Virus record (IMG/VR): IMGVR_UViG_3300031760_000042
Location: 6,500 to 70,499 of that record
DNA: 64,000 bases
Strand: one strand, 5' to 3'
From: a virus
Taxonomy: Duplodnaviria; Caudoviricetes
Shown here piece after piece: positions 1 to 9,598 of the stretch; the stretch's first letter is position 1; the number at the start of each line of letters is the position of its first letter. A model generated the notes under the pieces. It was not told the DNA's origin, made no database searches, and saw only the letters and a program-made list of their open reading frames with translations. The position numbers and the translations under genes were made by a program.

Positions 1-106
1 GAAGCTGTCTGCGATCATCATAACTCTGACGAATTTTGAAGTAATATTCTTTAGGATCATCGATCAATGGTCTTCCTATTGGCTTTTGTTTATTGTCTTC
101 ATTCAT
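1..106 (-). CDS. Partial small DNA-binding (RHH-like) protein, truncated by window edge
   Basis: Manual translation MNEDNKQKPIGRPLIDDPKEYYFKIRQSYDDRRQL; GRP...PK...IR pattern typical of RHH/CopG-like phage proteins. Confidence 0.5.
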   Translation of the reverse strand, partial: MNEDNKQKPIGRPLIDDPKEYYFKIRQSYDDRRQL

Positions 107-281
107 CCACGTTCTCCTTTTTACCGAATATCATTTCGTACAGACAGTCAATAGCCCTGTCTAAAACCTCTTCTTTAGTAATACCAAGTTTCGTTGAAAG
201 CCGACAAAGAGCCTCATACTCTTTTACTGTAAGCTGAATATCATCACACACAACGTACCGCTTTTCTTCACTCATTTGCAC
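99..281 (-). CDS. Small RHH-like DNA-binding protein
   Basis: IQLTVKEYEALCRLSTKLGITKEEVLDRAID strand-helix-helix pattern. Confidence 0.5.
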   Translation of the reverse strand: MQMSEEKRYVVCDDIQLTVKEYEALCRLSTKLGITKEEVLDRAIDCLYEMIFGKKENVDE

Positions 282-601
282 CTCTCATCCTCGTCAATAA
301 AAACCCAGGTCGTACTTCGAAGAACCTTGTCAATATAATGATCAATCGCATTCCCAACAAGATCCTCAATCGGCACTCCAAAGTGCTCAGAGACCTTCTT
401 AACTTTTGCATACCTCTCCATGGCCATTACCGAATCCAAAAGACAAAGCTTCTTGATCTCATCTTCTGTAAGCGTAACCTCCACATCATCACGTCCACAA
501 ATATCCAATCCATACGAAACCCTTCCGTCCGCAGTCTTTATGACTTTCGTTACAGTCGCAGGCACGTACAGCACATCATCAATATCAAATTTCGTCTGCA
601 T
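272..601 (-). CDS. Hypothetical phage protein
   Basis: ORF in tightly packed minus-strand operon; MQTKFDIDD N-terminus similar to part of 2465..2854. Confidence 0.6.
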   Translation of the reverse strand: MQTKFDIDDVLYVPATVTKVIKTADGRVSYGLDICGRDDVEVTLTEDEIKKLCLLDSVMAMERYAKVKKVSEHFGVPIEDLVGNAIDHYIDKVLRSTTWVFIDEDERCK

Positions 602-613
602 TATTTACTCCTT

Positions 614-967
614 TCATAACGACATAAGTCTTTCCTCTGCGTCGTCTTCAGTGTGTCCATCCCAATGCTTAGCTTTCGGCAGAGCAATACAATCAAACAT
701 ATCGAAGTATTTGTCTTCGTAATGATATGTATAACTTCCCTTAGGCGTATCGATCCCTACGATAAACCAACCTCCTCCGAAGCAAAGAGAACCGTCTTCG
801 TGTCTGTATGATTTCCACGCTTTATCTTTATAAGCTTTTACGAGAGCCGCGAACAAAATCATTCTCTGTTTATAAAGCCCGTTAAACGTATGAAAACCAT
901 CAGACAAATCACCGATGTCTTTTATACCGGCTATATCACAAATATCTTTAAATTTCGTCTCCATCAT
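614..967 (-). CDS. WDGH-motif phage protein
   Basis: SDGFHTFNGLY...GWFIVGIDTPKGSYTYHY...WDGHT motifs; AAGGAG RBS. Confidence 0.7.
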   Translation of the reverse strand: MMETKFKDICDIAGIKDIGDLSDGFHTFNGLYKQRMILFAALVKAYKDKAWKSYRHEDGSLCFGGGWFIVGIDTPKGSYTYHYEDKYFDMFDCIALPKAKHWDGHTEDDAEERLMSL

Positions 968-980
968 TTTCTCCTTTCAA

Positions 981-1331
981 TCAACGCTCATCGAGATGCT
1001 TTTCATATTCGTCGGCTAAAATCGTCAAATTTATACGTCGACACACAGGATCAATGATTATGAAAATTTCTCTCGAAAAAGCCTTTGTCTCTTTGTCAAA
1101 CGATTCGACTTTCTTAACAACGAGACCGGCTACTTCTACGACATCACCTTTTTTAACGTTTACATGCTTTTCGGATATCCACCATACATCCGGTCTTGGG
1201 TTAAGTTGTGAACCAACAGTGTGTGGAAAATACACTGCGTATTCATCCCCGTCTCCGTCACGAACATCTACAACTTGTCCTTTAAACGGATAATATTCAC
1301 CAACGTGTACCTTTTCAAATATCGTGTCCAT
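981..1331 (-). CDS. Hypothetical protein (paralog of 1692..2117)
   Basis: GEY..KGQ..D...AVYFP.T...W...GD.V.V.G.VV shared with 1692..2117; GAAAGGAG RBS. Confidence 0.65.
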   Translation of the reverse strand: MDTIFEKVHVGEYYPFKGQVVDVRDGDGDEYAVYFPHTVGSQLNPRPDVWWISEKHVNVKKGDVVEVAGLVVKKVESFDKETKAFSREIFIIIDPVCRRINLTILADEYEKHLDER

Positions 1332-1504
1332 TATTTTCTCCTTTCGTCCGTACCAGTTTTGAAATACAGATGTCTACATCTATTCCCACGAAAAATAGCC
1401 CTTTCAAATACGAAATCATGATAAATACAATCCGGACAATAATATCCATTTAGTCTACAAAAACGTTTGTACTGTATTTTATTAATCAATCGTTTCAGCA
1501 CCAT
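1331..1504 (-). CDS. Small hypothetical protein (57 aa, below ORF-track cutoff)
   Basis: Manual translation MVLKRLINKIQYKRFCRLNGYYCPDCIYHD...; fills gap exactly, AAGGAG RBS. Confidence 0.5.
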   Translation of the reverse strand: MVLKRLINKIQYKRFCRLNGYYCPDCIYHDFVFERAIFRGNRCRHLYFKTGTDERRK

Positions 1505-1711
1505 TTACTCCTTTTCCGCATCTTCTTCAAAATAATATTTCTCAAGATAGTATTCACGAAGAGCTCTGCGAATCATCTCTGACATAGAGACTTTCTCGTT
1601 TTTCGCACAACTCCTCAGAATATCCATCTCAAAGTCGCTCATACTCACAGCAAACATTTTCCGTCGTCTGCCGCATTTCAAATCGTATCGTTCACGTCCT
1701 GTCTCCATCAT
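1505..1711 (-). CDS. RHH/CopG-like DNA-binding protein
   Basis: FAVSMSDFEMDILRSCAKNEKVSMSEMIRRALREY. Confidence 0.65.
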   Translation of the reverse strand: MMETGRERYDLKCGRRRKMFAVSMSDFEMDILRSCAKNEKVSMSEMIRRALREYYLEKYYFEEDAEKE

Positions 1712-2117
1712 TAAGTCCCTCCAAAAAGTTTACATAATCTTCTTCTGAAATGTTGATGTGTTTATTACGATCGTTTCCGACATCAATACGTATCAAGACA
1801 TTTTTCTCAATTACTCCTGTTTCATCATCAAAACGTTTAGAAACTTCTACAACGAAACCTTTAACATCAACAATGTCTCCAACAGAAGTATCAAATGTAA
1901 TGTTAGAATCCTGTGCCCACGGAATCCATATCGCTTGAGGGTCATACCGTTTCGAAGAAGATGTATAGGGAAAATAAACAGCGAGCTTGAGCGCCACACC
2001 AAGGGGGTTTACATAATCGATAATCTGCCCCTTAATCGTACAATATTCACCAATTATAAAATTCATTAATTCACTCCTTTCCACCGCCTTATAGCAATAT
2101 CCACAGCCGAATCCCAC
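1692..2117 (-). CDS. Hypothetical protein (paralog of 981..1331)
   Basis: Shared motifs with 981..1331; true start likely at MNFIIG. Confidence 0.6.
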   Translation of the reverse strand: MGFGCGYCYKAVERSELMNFIIGEYCTIKGQIIDYVNPLGVALKLAVYFPYTSSSKRYDPQAIWIPWAQDSNITFDTSVGDIVDVKGFVVEVSKRFDDETGVIEKNVLIRIDVGNDRNKHINISEEDYVNFLEGLNDGDRT

Positions 2118-2311
2118 TCAAGTTTTCCTTCATCAAAAACCATCACCGGTGGAATCTTCGTACCGCATCCAATGCACTTAACTCCTACATACGTATCCAT
2201 ACGAAGCGTCTGAAAACTATAAAGATCCACCCCAAGCGATCCACAAAATCTACATGGGTTCAGACGCTTTCTGTATCGCTTAAGTTCATCCTCATTCAAA
2301 GTCATTATCAA
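2066..2311 (-). CDS. Lar-family restriction-alleviation-like zinc-finger protein
   Basis: LNPCRFCGS...VKCIGCGT...AIRRW. Confidence 0.6.
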   Translation of the reverse strand: MIMTLNEDELKRYRKRLNPCRFCGSLGVDLYSFQTLRMDTYVGVKCIGCGTKIPPVMVFDEGKLEWDSAVDIAIRRWKGVN

Positions 2312-2468
2312 TCCTCTTAGCTTTAAGCGTTACTGTGTTCGGGTGTCCGCTTTCACCTTCCAAAAAGATCACTCGATGCTTTACTCCATCAATATCCACA
2401 TACACAACCGCCTGACCGTATAACACAGCCATATCAGCAAGATAATCCAACAAAGTATCGAGCATCAT
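2292..2468 (-). CDS. Small hypothetical protein (58 aa)
   Basis: Manual translation MMLDTLLDYLADMAVLYGQAVVYVDIDG...; fills operon gap. Confidence 0.4.
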   Translation of the reverse strand: MMLDTLLDYLADMAVLYGQAVVYVDIDGVKHRVIFLEGESGHPNTVTLKAKRIDNDFE

Positions 2469-2854
2469 TTTTCTTTACCATTTTCTTTAATCGCCTGAAT
2501 AAGTTGATTAAATGTTACGCTGTTAACCATGTATTTAGCGTCTACAACAATACAATATTCTTCCGGGTCAAACTCTGCACTTACTATGGCTTTTTTCGGT
2601 ATTAACAACACCTCTTCGTCGATATCAAATTTATTCACGACACGCCCACCCAACTTGTCTTCGGTGCATTCTACCCGGTAACCCGACGTAATCACCGAAT
2701 ACACGAGTCCGTCCGAATCCGCTTTCATACTCTCAACAACGCCTTCAATCAAAACCTTATCTCCAATATCATATTTCGTCTGCATTCGTTTTACCTCTCT
2801 TTCTCCTCTCAAATTCTTTCCACTCCAAAGAATATTCTTAAGTTCACAGGACAT
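2465..2854 (-). CDS. Hypothetical protein
   Basis: ORF in operon; likely start MQTKYDIGDKV after GAGAGG RBS. Confidence 0.6.
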   Translation of the reverse strand: MSCELKNILWSGKNLRGEREVKRMQTKYDIGDKVLIEGVVESMKADSDGLVYSVITSGYRVECTEDKLGGRVVNKFDIDEEVLLIPKKAIVSAEFDPEEYCIVVDAKYMVNSVTFNQLIQAIKENGKEK

Positions 2855-3251
2855 CTTCCATCACCTCTATCTCATGAGTAAACACAAGATCGTCTTCCTT
2901 GATTCCGGTCTCGGTCTCTAAAATATCAAGCATCTCGTCAACGTTCATTTTATTCACGAACATGTTGTCTGAATGAGACGAAGCCCGTTTCAGAGTCCGT
3001 ATCAGTCTTTCTCGTCCGAAGCCAAATTCGTCTCTTAAAGCAAACATCATGGCAAGAATGTCTATATTATGCTGATACATGATCAAGTCCGTCATCTCAC
3101 GAGTCACATCGTCTTTAATCTCCTCGACCAGACGCCTCTTCTCAAATTCACTATGGGCGTCCACCACTTCCCGGATCTTCTTATCGAGTTTCTTCTTTTT
3201 ACCGGCTTTAATACCACGGCCCATATTTCTCTTACTCCTTTCCAACGCCAC
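2844..3251 (-). CDS. Hypothetical phage protein
   Basis: MFALRDEFGFGRERLIR motif of a common Firmicutes phage family. Confidence 0.65.
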   Translation of the reverse strand: MALERSKRNMGRGIKAGKKKKLDKKIREVVDAHSEFEKRRLVEEIKDDVTREMTDLIMYQHNIDILAMMFALRDEFGFGRERLIRTLKRASSHSDNMFVNKMNVDEMLDILETETGIKEDDLVFTHEIEVMEDVL

Positions 3252-4467
3252 TCACATTCTTCTTAAATGCAGTAGCGAATCTTCTCTCGTTAAACCGCTT
3301 CTTTGTTTTAAGAGCCCGATCAATCCCAAGGTCTATTCCACTCTTAGTCTTAAGATGGTAGTAATATAAATCCTTGTAAGGTGTATTAAGCCGGTCTATA
3401 CGTCCAGCCGCCTGCTGCATGATTTTGTACGAATAATTTGGCGAATAGAATATCATTGTATCCGTCTTCGTACAGTTCCATCCTTCAGCACCGGCCGTGT
3501 ATTGAACGAGATAAACCCAAAAGTCGCCTCGTGGAATATCCATATGCTTGTGTCCATTCCATTCAGCGACCTTAATTTCCTTCCAGATTCCCTTATAATC
3601 CAAGGCTCTCAGAAGCTCTAATTCGTAATTATAGTTGTAGAAGATAATTACCTTGGGATGCTTTCTAATCACGTCTAAAACAGCCTCTGAACGTGTCTCA
3701 GAGCTATTTACGACCCTCCTTAACGCCTGACAGTAAGCCGAAGCATTCATCAAAGGTTCGTCGTTCCAAATATCCCAGCGGTTACGCATTACCTCTCTGT
3801 ATTGATCTCGATCGTAGTCCACCACAATATCAATATGATGTGCCTCCGTTGGTCTCTCAAAGTCCATATCCACAAGGATCATGTTACGCTGACGAAGCAG
3901 TCTTCCCTCGTTTACGTACCTCTCAACCTGAGGGAATTTAGCAAAGCGTTTGTAAACTACGTGCTCTCTCATAAACTCGGTCTTGTTTCGGTAAAAGCCG
4001 TTTGCAATAAACACGGGCATATAATCAAGCCAGGTGTCTCCGGGTGTAGCCGACAGCAATATCCATTCATTAGCTTTTGTAATCTTTAGAAACGCTTTCG
4101 TCCACGCTCCGTACCCAACCACTCTTTGCTCGTCAAATATAAAAAACGCACCAGACACATCCGTATACTTTTTAATATTGTTCCAGGAGTCCACCACTAC
4201 ACCGTCGCCAACAGACATACCAAAGACCTTAAGTTCATCTTCCCACTCGCCTGTATCCCGCTTTCTCGCTGTGGTGATGATGTAAAGATCTATCCGCTTT
4301 TTCATCTTCACAAATTTCTTAGTTCCGATCTTCCCGCCACAAAGAATATAAAAATAGGCAAGAGCGGTGCGAGATTTGCCAGACCCAACACCGCCGCAAA
4401 GAATATCTCCAGTCTTTAGTCTTTTAATAGCATCCTCCTGGTATGGATACATGCTAATTCCGTTCAT
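3232..4467 (-). CDS. SF2 (SNF2/DEAD-like) helicase
   Basis: Walker A GGVGSGKS, FIFDEQ, LLSATP, QAAGRIDR motifs. Confidence 0.9.
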   Translation of the reverse strand: MNGISMYPYQEDAIKRLKTGDILCGGVGSGKSRTALAYFYILCGGKIGTKKFVKMKKRIDLYIITTARKRDTGEWEDELKVFGMSVGDGVVVDSWNNIKKYTDVSGAFFIFDEQRVVGYGAWTKAFLKITKANEWILLSATPGDTWLDYMPVFIANGFYRNKTEFMREHVVYKRFAKFPQVERYVNEGRLLRQRNMILVDMDFERPTEAHHIDIVVDYDRDQYREVMRNRWDIWNDEPLMNASAYCQALRRVVNSSETRSEAVLDVIRKHPKVIIFYNYNYELELLRALDYKGIWKEIKVAEWNGHKHMDIPRGDFWVYLVQYTAGAEGWNCTKTDTMIFYSPNYSYKIMQQAAGRIDRLNTPYKDLYYYHLKTKSGIDLGIDRALKTKKRFNERRFATAFKKNVSGVGKE

Positions 4468-4468
4468 T

Positions 4469-4552
4469 TTATTTCATCAAAGACATAACCGTAAGTACAG
4501 CGTTAACCACAAGGAGCGCGCATAAAGTCGAGCTAAGTATTACGTGTGCCAT
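4469..4552 (-). CDS. Small membrane peptide (27 aa)
   Basis: MAHVILSSTLCALLVVNAVLTVMSLMK with strong AAGGAGG RBS. Confidence 0.45.
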   Translation of the reverse strand: MAHVILSSTLCALLVVNAVLTVMSLMK

Positions 4553-4553
4553 A

Positions 4554-4829
4554 CTACTCCTCCTTTTTAAGGCCGATTGCGTAGTCAATAGTTAATACAA
4601 CACTAAATATAAAATTCACAGCAACCGCATACGCCAAAGCCTTAGTCAAAAACGCCAGCATATTTCCAACGGTCAGGAAGTCAAAAAGAAGGAATGCAAC
4701 AGACAGCACACCGCAAAACCCGGCAGCAAGAATATAAAGAACGGTTGTCGCCCAAAGTCCTGCTGTGTATGTCTCAAGATTAAAGCGTCTCTTCTTTCTC
4801 TTTCTTCTGTCTTTTTCTCTCATAAACAC
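4554..4829 (-). CDS. Membrane protein, two TM segments
   Basis: Basic N-terminus followed by two hydrophobic stretches; GGAGGG RBS. Confidence 0.6.
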   Translation of the reverse strand: MFMREKDRRKRKKRRFNLETYTAGLWATTVLYILAAGFCGVLSVAFLLFDFLTVGNMLAFLTKALAYAVAVNFIFSVVLTIDYAIGLKKEE

Positions 4830-4834
4830 CCTCC

Positions 4835-5374
4835 TTAAAAAGGCAGTTTATCCTCCTCGTCATCTGTACCGTAATCCCAGTTAGAGTATTTATCCGCCAA
4901 AGGATCGTCGTTAATCGTTACGTACATGTTCTTAAGGTACGCCTTAACACCTGTCTTGCTTCCGACTTCCCAGTTGTACGGACGAATCGTAAGATCGACA
5001 TTCTTAATATCCGCATAATCCAGAGTCGAGATTGTGTCCTCATCAAGAGATATCTTGCTTCTCTTAGTAAGCAGGAATACCTCAGGAGGATTGAAGTTAT
5101 ATCCAACCGAGACCTGAAGGTAATGTTTCGGATCGTCGTCTTCATCCCGAGGCATAAGGATTCGTACGTTCCAGCCATCCGAAGCCAGCTTTTCCGCGAA
5201 GTCGTTATCTTCAATCAATACACAGAAGTTACGATTTCCTTCACGGTTGTACTTCGATTCCTTACCTGCAAAGTTTCTAAATATAATCGATACGTTCTCA
5301 AATACCACATTATCTGTAACCCAGGTCTTTTCGTTTTCAATTTTACCTTTTGCCATAATTTTCCATCCTTTCAA
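4835..5374 (-). CDS. ssb: Single-stranded DNA-binding protein (phage OB-fold type)
   Basis: FRNFAG...YNREGNRNF...GVKAYLKNMYVTI; acidic C-terminal tail ending DDEEDKLPF; next to polymerase. Confidence 0.8.
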   Translation of the reverse strand: MKGWKIMAKGKIENEKTWVTDNVVFENVSIIFRNFAGKESKYNREGNRNFCVLIEDNDFAEKLASDGWNVRILMPRDEDDDPKHYLQVSVGYNFNPPEVFLLTKRSKISLDEDTISTLDYADIKNVDLTIRPYNWEVGSKTGVKAYLKNMYVTINDDPLADKYSNWDYGTDDEEDKLPF

Positions 5375-5377
5375 TTC

Positions 5378-8300
5378 TTAGCTGCAAAACCACTCAATAT
5401 CTCCATACTTAGTAATGGCGTCCGCAGCAGCATCAACAAGTCTTGTATAATAAAGTTTGTCCACAATATCTTTCCACGCGTCTTTATTCTCACCAGTCGC
5501 ATACATCGCACGAACCATCTCAGATTCAAGCCAGCGATAACCCTTCGTACCGGTCACGGCGTAATACTTTCCGTCTTTCTCACGAACTAATATTCCGCCT
5601 CCTTTACCGGGCAGTACAGGACAGAAGTTTCCGACTCGTCCGACAAAGTGGTATGAGTGACCTTTTGCGATATTTTTTTCGAGTTGTTCGATATCCATAT
5701 CAAGACCCTCAAGCATTTCTGAGCCGTCTCGTATGTTCTCTTCCTCCCATTGTTTATAGAGTTTTTTATACTCCTTACGGGCCTTCTCGAGTTCCTTCTC
5801 CTCTTTCGAGACATCAACGAGATCCTCATCCATATCAAGATAGATCGACGAAGTAACACTCTTGGTCTCACAGAAGTCCTCGAATTCAATCGGCTCGTGG
5901 CTAAAGAGAGTCTTAAACACATAAGGAACCTGAAACTGTGTACCGGTCGCAGTCCATTTACTGCCTTTCTTTTTGTTGTCATCTGGCAAATATCCATACT
6001 TCTCCTGGCACCAGTCGCTAGAGGCATACTTAGCCACGTAGACAGCGTCGTTCACAAGACACATTTTTTCGTACGTAGCCTCGTGTTCGAATGTATAACC
6101 GTATTTCTTTCCAAAGTTCATAACGAACTGGATGATCTTGTTGTCGGCATTTGGAATCTTTATGGAATCGGTCTTAATATGAGCAACAGTAAAGCCCCGT
6201 TTTGCGACCTCGTGTTTAAGATCGACCATGAACAGGGCTCCTCTCTTTGCTACTATATTGTCTTTGTTTCGAATATCACGAAGGGCATTATCGAAGTTAG
6301 CTGCTGTAAGACCATATACCGAGTTAATAGCGGTCTTAAGAGCGTTGGCAAGCTCCTTAGATGTCATCTCGCCGGCCTTGACTTTCTCAATATACGGTAC
6401 GAGCTTTCCTTCCAGCATTCCTTCTACTGTCTCCCAGTCCTCGTGCTTGATCGAGACTCTTGCCTCAACAAGTTCCCTAAATATCCGTGTGTACTTTGGT
6501 CCAAAGAGACACTCAGCTATAATCGAATGAGGATGCATGGACGCAACATCAAGCAAAGCCACGTTCGTATGTATCCCCGGTTCAGCGTAGACATATCCGC
6601 CCTCACCGACAGCTTCTTCTCTGTAAATGGACTTACCGCCTTCAAAGCTATACTCCGGGAAATATGGAAGAACCGAACTCTCAGGCTTGATTCCGTCTAC
6701 CAAATGAGGCTCGAATAATCCGGTCATCATATCCGGACAAGCTTCAAGTAAAAAGTCAGCTACTTCTGGATCGAGATTATCAACCGGCTTGGAAAGATCC
6801 CTATAGCAGAATTCCTTCTGAGGGTGTTTGTTCCTTCCAAATATCAGTCTTGTTGTGCAGGTATTTGTGGTATCGTTACGAGTAAGTCCCGTCAAATCAC
6901 TCAATATCTCTCTTGCTGTGAAGTCTGCTTTGAGATAATTAAAGGCTGCTTCTGTTGCGATTACGTCGTTCTTACAATAGTCAGCAACCTTCTGCCACAA
7001 ACTCTCGTCAACGGGCTTATCCCAAGGTATACCGAGCTCCTGATGATGAATACCCATTTCGATTTCGAGTTTCTTTAGACTCTTCTTGTTACCAGCCGAG
7101 GCGAAGTCGTAAATATCCGTGTAAGAAAGTCCGTAAGCCTCGCCAAAGAATCCTGAGTTGTCTCCGCTGATGATCTTCTTTGATTGCTCATACAGGCTCT
7201 CATTCGTGTACCCCATCAACCATCCGTACAAGATGTGATTGTCGTACCGCCTGCAGTTAAATCCGACGAGGTTGTACTGTATGAGGTTCTCAATATCAAT
7301 CCGGCTTGGGTTAATCATCGAGACAACAGGGTTTTCTTCTATCGGACCGGCTTTCTTATAACAAACCACAAAGAGATTAGGAAAGACCTCGACATCGTAG
7401 AATATCAGTCCGTCTGGTCTCCCTCCTACCATATACTCAAGGTCTTCTGTCTTTGTATCCGGGCCAATATAATTCTTTTCATCCTCTGAATCATCATAGT
7501 CCGGCTCATCGGATTTGAACTTCATGTCTGCTACGATCTTAAGACACAAATCTCCCTGGTTCGTACTGCTTGCTGCGAAAGCCAGTATGTCATTTCGCAT
7601 GTCCGTTACGTCATATGTCAAACCCGAGTTGTACGCGTCTTCAAGAATCTTAAATATAAAATCCACACTCGGCTTGGTGTTCTCGTGGATCTCTTTATTT
7701 AAGTTTCGAATGATCATGTTTCTAAGCCCGCGTTCGCTTTTTATGGTGTCATGATTTACCACCTTTTTATCTACTCCTTTCTTTGGCAGCCCGGAGTTTA
7801 GCGTCGCTATGGGAATATCATTACAAAGAGTAAGCTTTCGTCTAAGCGAACTCCCGCCGTTGAATTTTTTTATCTCGACGTGGTCCTCGTATACAGAACT
7901 TAGCTCCTTTGAATCCCCATCATAAAAATAATGCAGATGTATCGCCTTACCACTCTTGGATACCTCTGCATAAGTCGCTGGCCATCTGCTGGCTGCCTCT
8001 AAATTTTTATCAAAGTCCTTCTCTCCATCCGTACCAGTTATGTCAAAGTCGATCACGATGAGATTGTTTCCTTCAGGCGGCATGACATAGTGAAGTTTCG
8101 AAGTGTCAAGATCTTTTAACTTAGTCTTAACATTAGCCCACTTACGAATCGGTCTTCCTTCTTCCTCGCTTGCATACTGAGCGGTCCACTCGCTTGCCAC
8201 CTCATCGAATATTGAAGGCTGTTCTTTTAGCTCAATAGAATATAAAATTGGCTCTTCCTTCTCCTCGTCCGAACTATCTTTATCACCATCGAAGATCTCG

Positions 8301-9598
8301 CTTTTAAATCCCTGATACAGATTTCTGACCCAGACACCATCCACATGAGCACGGTCTTTGAAATCATCGAAATAGTTCTTGAGTTCTTCCTTAAATACCA
8401 TTCGAGAATATGGATAGCTTACATGTGCATCAGCGCAGAAGTTTTTGTACATCTCCCATGCTGATCGAAGCGTAACCACATTCTCCCGTTTGAAGGCTAA
8501 ATAGGAATCTTCTACAAAATTATAAAAACTATTTGACGCACCGAGCATATTTTTAGGTACGTATGTGTTATAATAGTCTGGATCAGTCTGGTACACTTTG
8601 AGACAGTGACATGCGATCGCTCCGAGTTCAAATTTAATTCCGTCCGTAACCGCTTTGTATTCCGAAGGACTAAGCTTATTGCCGGAAGGGGATACGTCTA
8701 TCAGTCTTCTTAAAAGCCCCGATTTCGCATCCGTGATCTTAACCGGTTTGTTGGTACCCATGAATAAAAAGCAGTTGAACCTTGCAGAATATAAACGTGT
8801 GAACTTTTCGTTAATTGTCATAGTCTCGTGGGATACCAGACTGTTTAATCTTGTGTTATCTTCAATCCTGCTCAAATCTCCGTCATGCTGGATCGCCACA
8901 AGAGGATTGTTCTTAAACGGCTCCAATGCGAATTGGTTATTAGCCGACGCTAAGGACTTTGCATCAAACGCCGCACAATATCCCTCAAAGAGCTTTTCGA
9001 TAATATTAAGAACGGTTGATTTACCAGTTCCTGCCGAGCCGTAGAACACAAGAAATTTCTGAATGTTCTTTGAGTCGCCCGATACGATTGCCCCAATAGC
9101 CCATTCGATTTTATGTCGTTCTTCCGGAGAATATAAAACTGACATGAGTCTGTCGTAGTTGGTAATAGGACCCGGAGTCAGAGAATATGGCAAAGTTTTT
9201 GAAGCATAGTCAGTCTTTTTCGTACGGTTAGTTCCGTCTGAAAACACTAAGCTCTCGTCAAGCAGATGAAAAGAATCTCTCATCTGGTGCTGACAATATC
9301 TATGCCATTTGTCGATCATCCCTGTTTCCGAGTCCCACATGTGCAGAACCTTAACCGAGTCCATACCGTCACAATGTTCTCTTGCGTATTCATCGAGTTC
9401 TGCGTCTATAAGAGCTAAGGCGTCATCTTCGTCGGTCGACCAGATACCTAACTTCTCTATCCAAATAGCGTAAAAGTCACCGCCTTTGATCATAAGGTCG
9501 CTGCTTTTTTTAATAATAAACTTCGGATAGATCTCGGAGTAATCACGCTTCTTTGATCTCATAGCTATCATGAGAAAATCCAAAGCCATAATTACCAC
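5378..9598 (-). CDS. Multifunctional replicase: SF3 helicase + primase-polymerase (AEP) + 3'-5' exonuclease/family-B-like DNA polymerase
   Basis: GSAGTGKS Walker A; LIVIDFD and HLHY AEP motifs; FYDVEVF, FNCRRYD exo motifs; DVASMHP, KTAINSVYG, KTDS polymerase motifs. Confidence 0.85.
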   Translation of the reverse strand: MVIMALDFLMIAMRSKKRDYSEIYPKFIIKKSSDLMIKGGDFYAIWIEKLGIWSTDEDDALALIDAELDEYAREHCDGMDSVKVLHMWDSETGMIDKWHRYCQHQMRDSFHLLDESLVFSDGTNRTKKTDYASKTLPYSLTPGPITNYDRLMSVLYSPEERHKIEWAIGAIVSGDSKNIQKFLVFYGSAGTGKSTVLNIIEKLFEGYCAAFDAKSLASANNQFALEPFKNNPLVAIQHDGDLSRIEDNTRLNSLVSHETMTINEKFTRLYSARFNCFLFMGTNKPVKITDAKSGLLRRLIDVSPSGNKLSPSEYKAVTDGIKFELGAIACHCLKVYQTDPDYYNTYVPKNMLGASNSFYNFVEDSYLAFKRENVVTLRSAWEMYKNFCADAHVSYPYSRMVFKEELKNYFDDFKDRAHVDGVWVRNLYQGFKSEIFDGDKDSSDEEKEEPILYSIELKEQPSIFDEVASEWTAQYASEEEGRPIRKWANVKTKLKDLDTSKLHYVMPPEGNNLIVIDFDITGTDGEKDFDKNLEAASRWPATYAEVSKSGKAIHLHYFYDGDSKELSSVYEDHVEIKKFNGGSSLRRKLTLCNDIPIATLNSGLPKKGVDKKVVNHDTIKSERGLRNMIIRNLNKEIHENTKPSVDFIFKILEDAYNSGLTYDVTDMRNDILAFAASSTNQGDLCLKIVADMKFKSDEPDYDDSEDEKNYIGPDTKTEDLEYMVGGRPDGLIFYDVEVFPNLFVVCYKKAGPIEENPVVSMINPSRIDIENLIQYNLVGFNCRRYDNHILYGWLMGYTNESLYEQSKKIISGDNSGFFGEAYGLSYTDIYDFASAGNKKSLKKLEIEMGIHHQELGIPWDKPVDESLWQKVADYCKNDVIATEAAFNYLKADFTAREILSDLTGLTRNDTTNTCTTRLIFGRNKHPQKEFCYRDLSKPVDNLDPEVADFLLEACPDMMTGLFEPHLVDGIKPESSVLPYFPEYSFEGGKSIYREEAVGEGGYVYAEPGIHTNVALLDVASMHPHSIIAECLFGPKYTRIFRELVEARVSIKHEDWETVEGMLEGKLVPYIEKVKAGEMTSKELANALKTAINSVYGLTAANFDNALRDIRNKDNIVAKRGALFMVDLKHEVAKRGFTVAHIKTDSIKIPNADNKIIQFVMNFGKKYGYTFEHEATYEKMCLVNDAVYVAKYASSDWCQEKYGYLPDDNKKKGSKWTATGTQFQVPYVFKTLFSHEPIEFEDFCETKSVTSSIYLDMDEDLVDVSKEEKELEKARKEYKKLYKQWEEENIRDGSEMLEGLDMDIEQLEKNIAKGHSYHFVGRVGNFCPVLPGKGGGILVREKDGKYYAVTGTKGYRWLESEMVRAMYATGENKDAWKDIVDKLYYTRLVDAAADAITKYGDIEWFCS

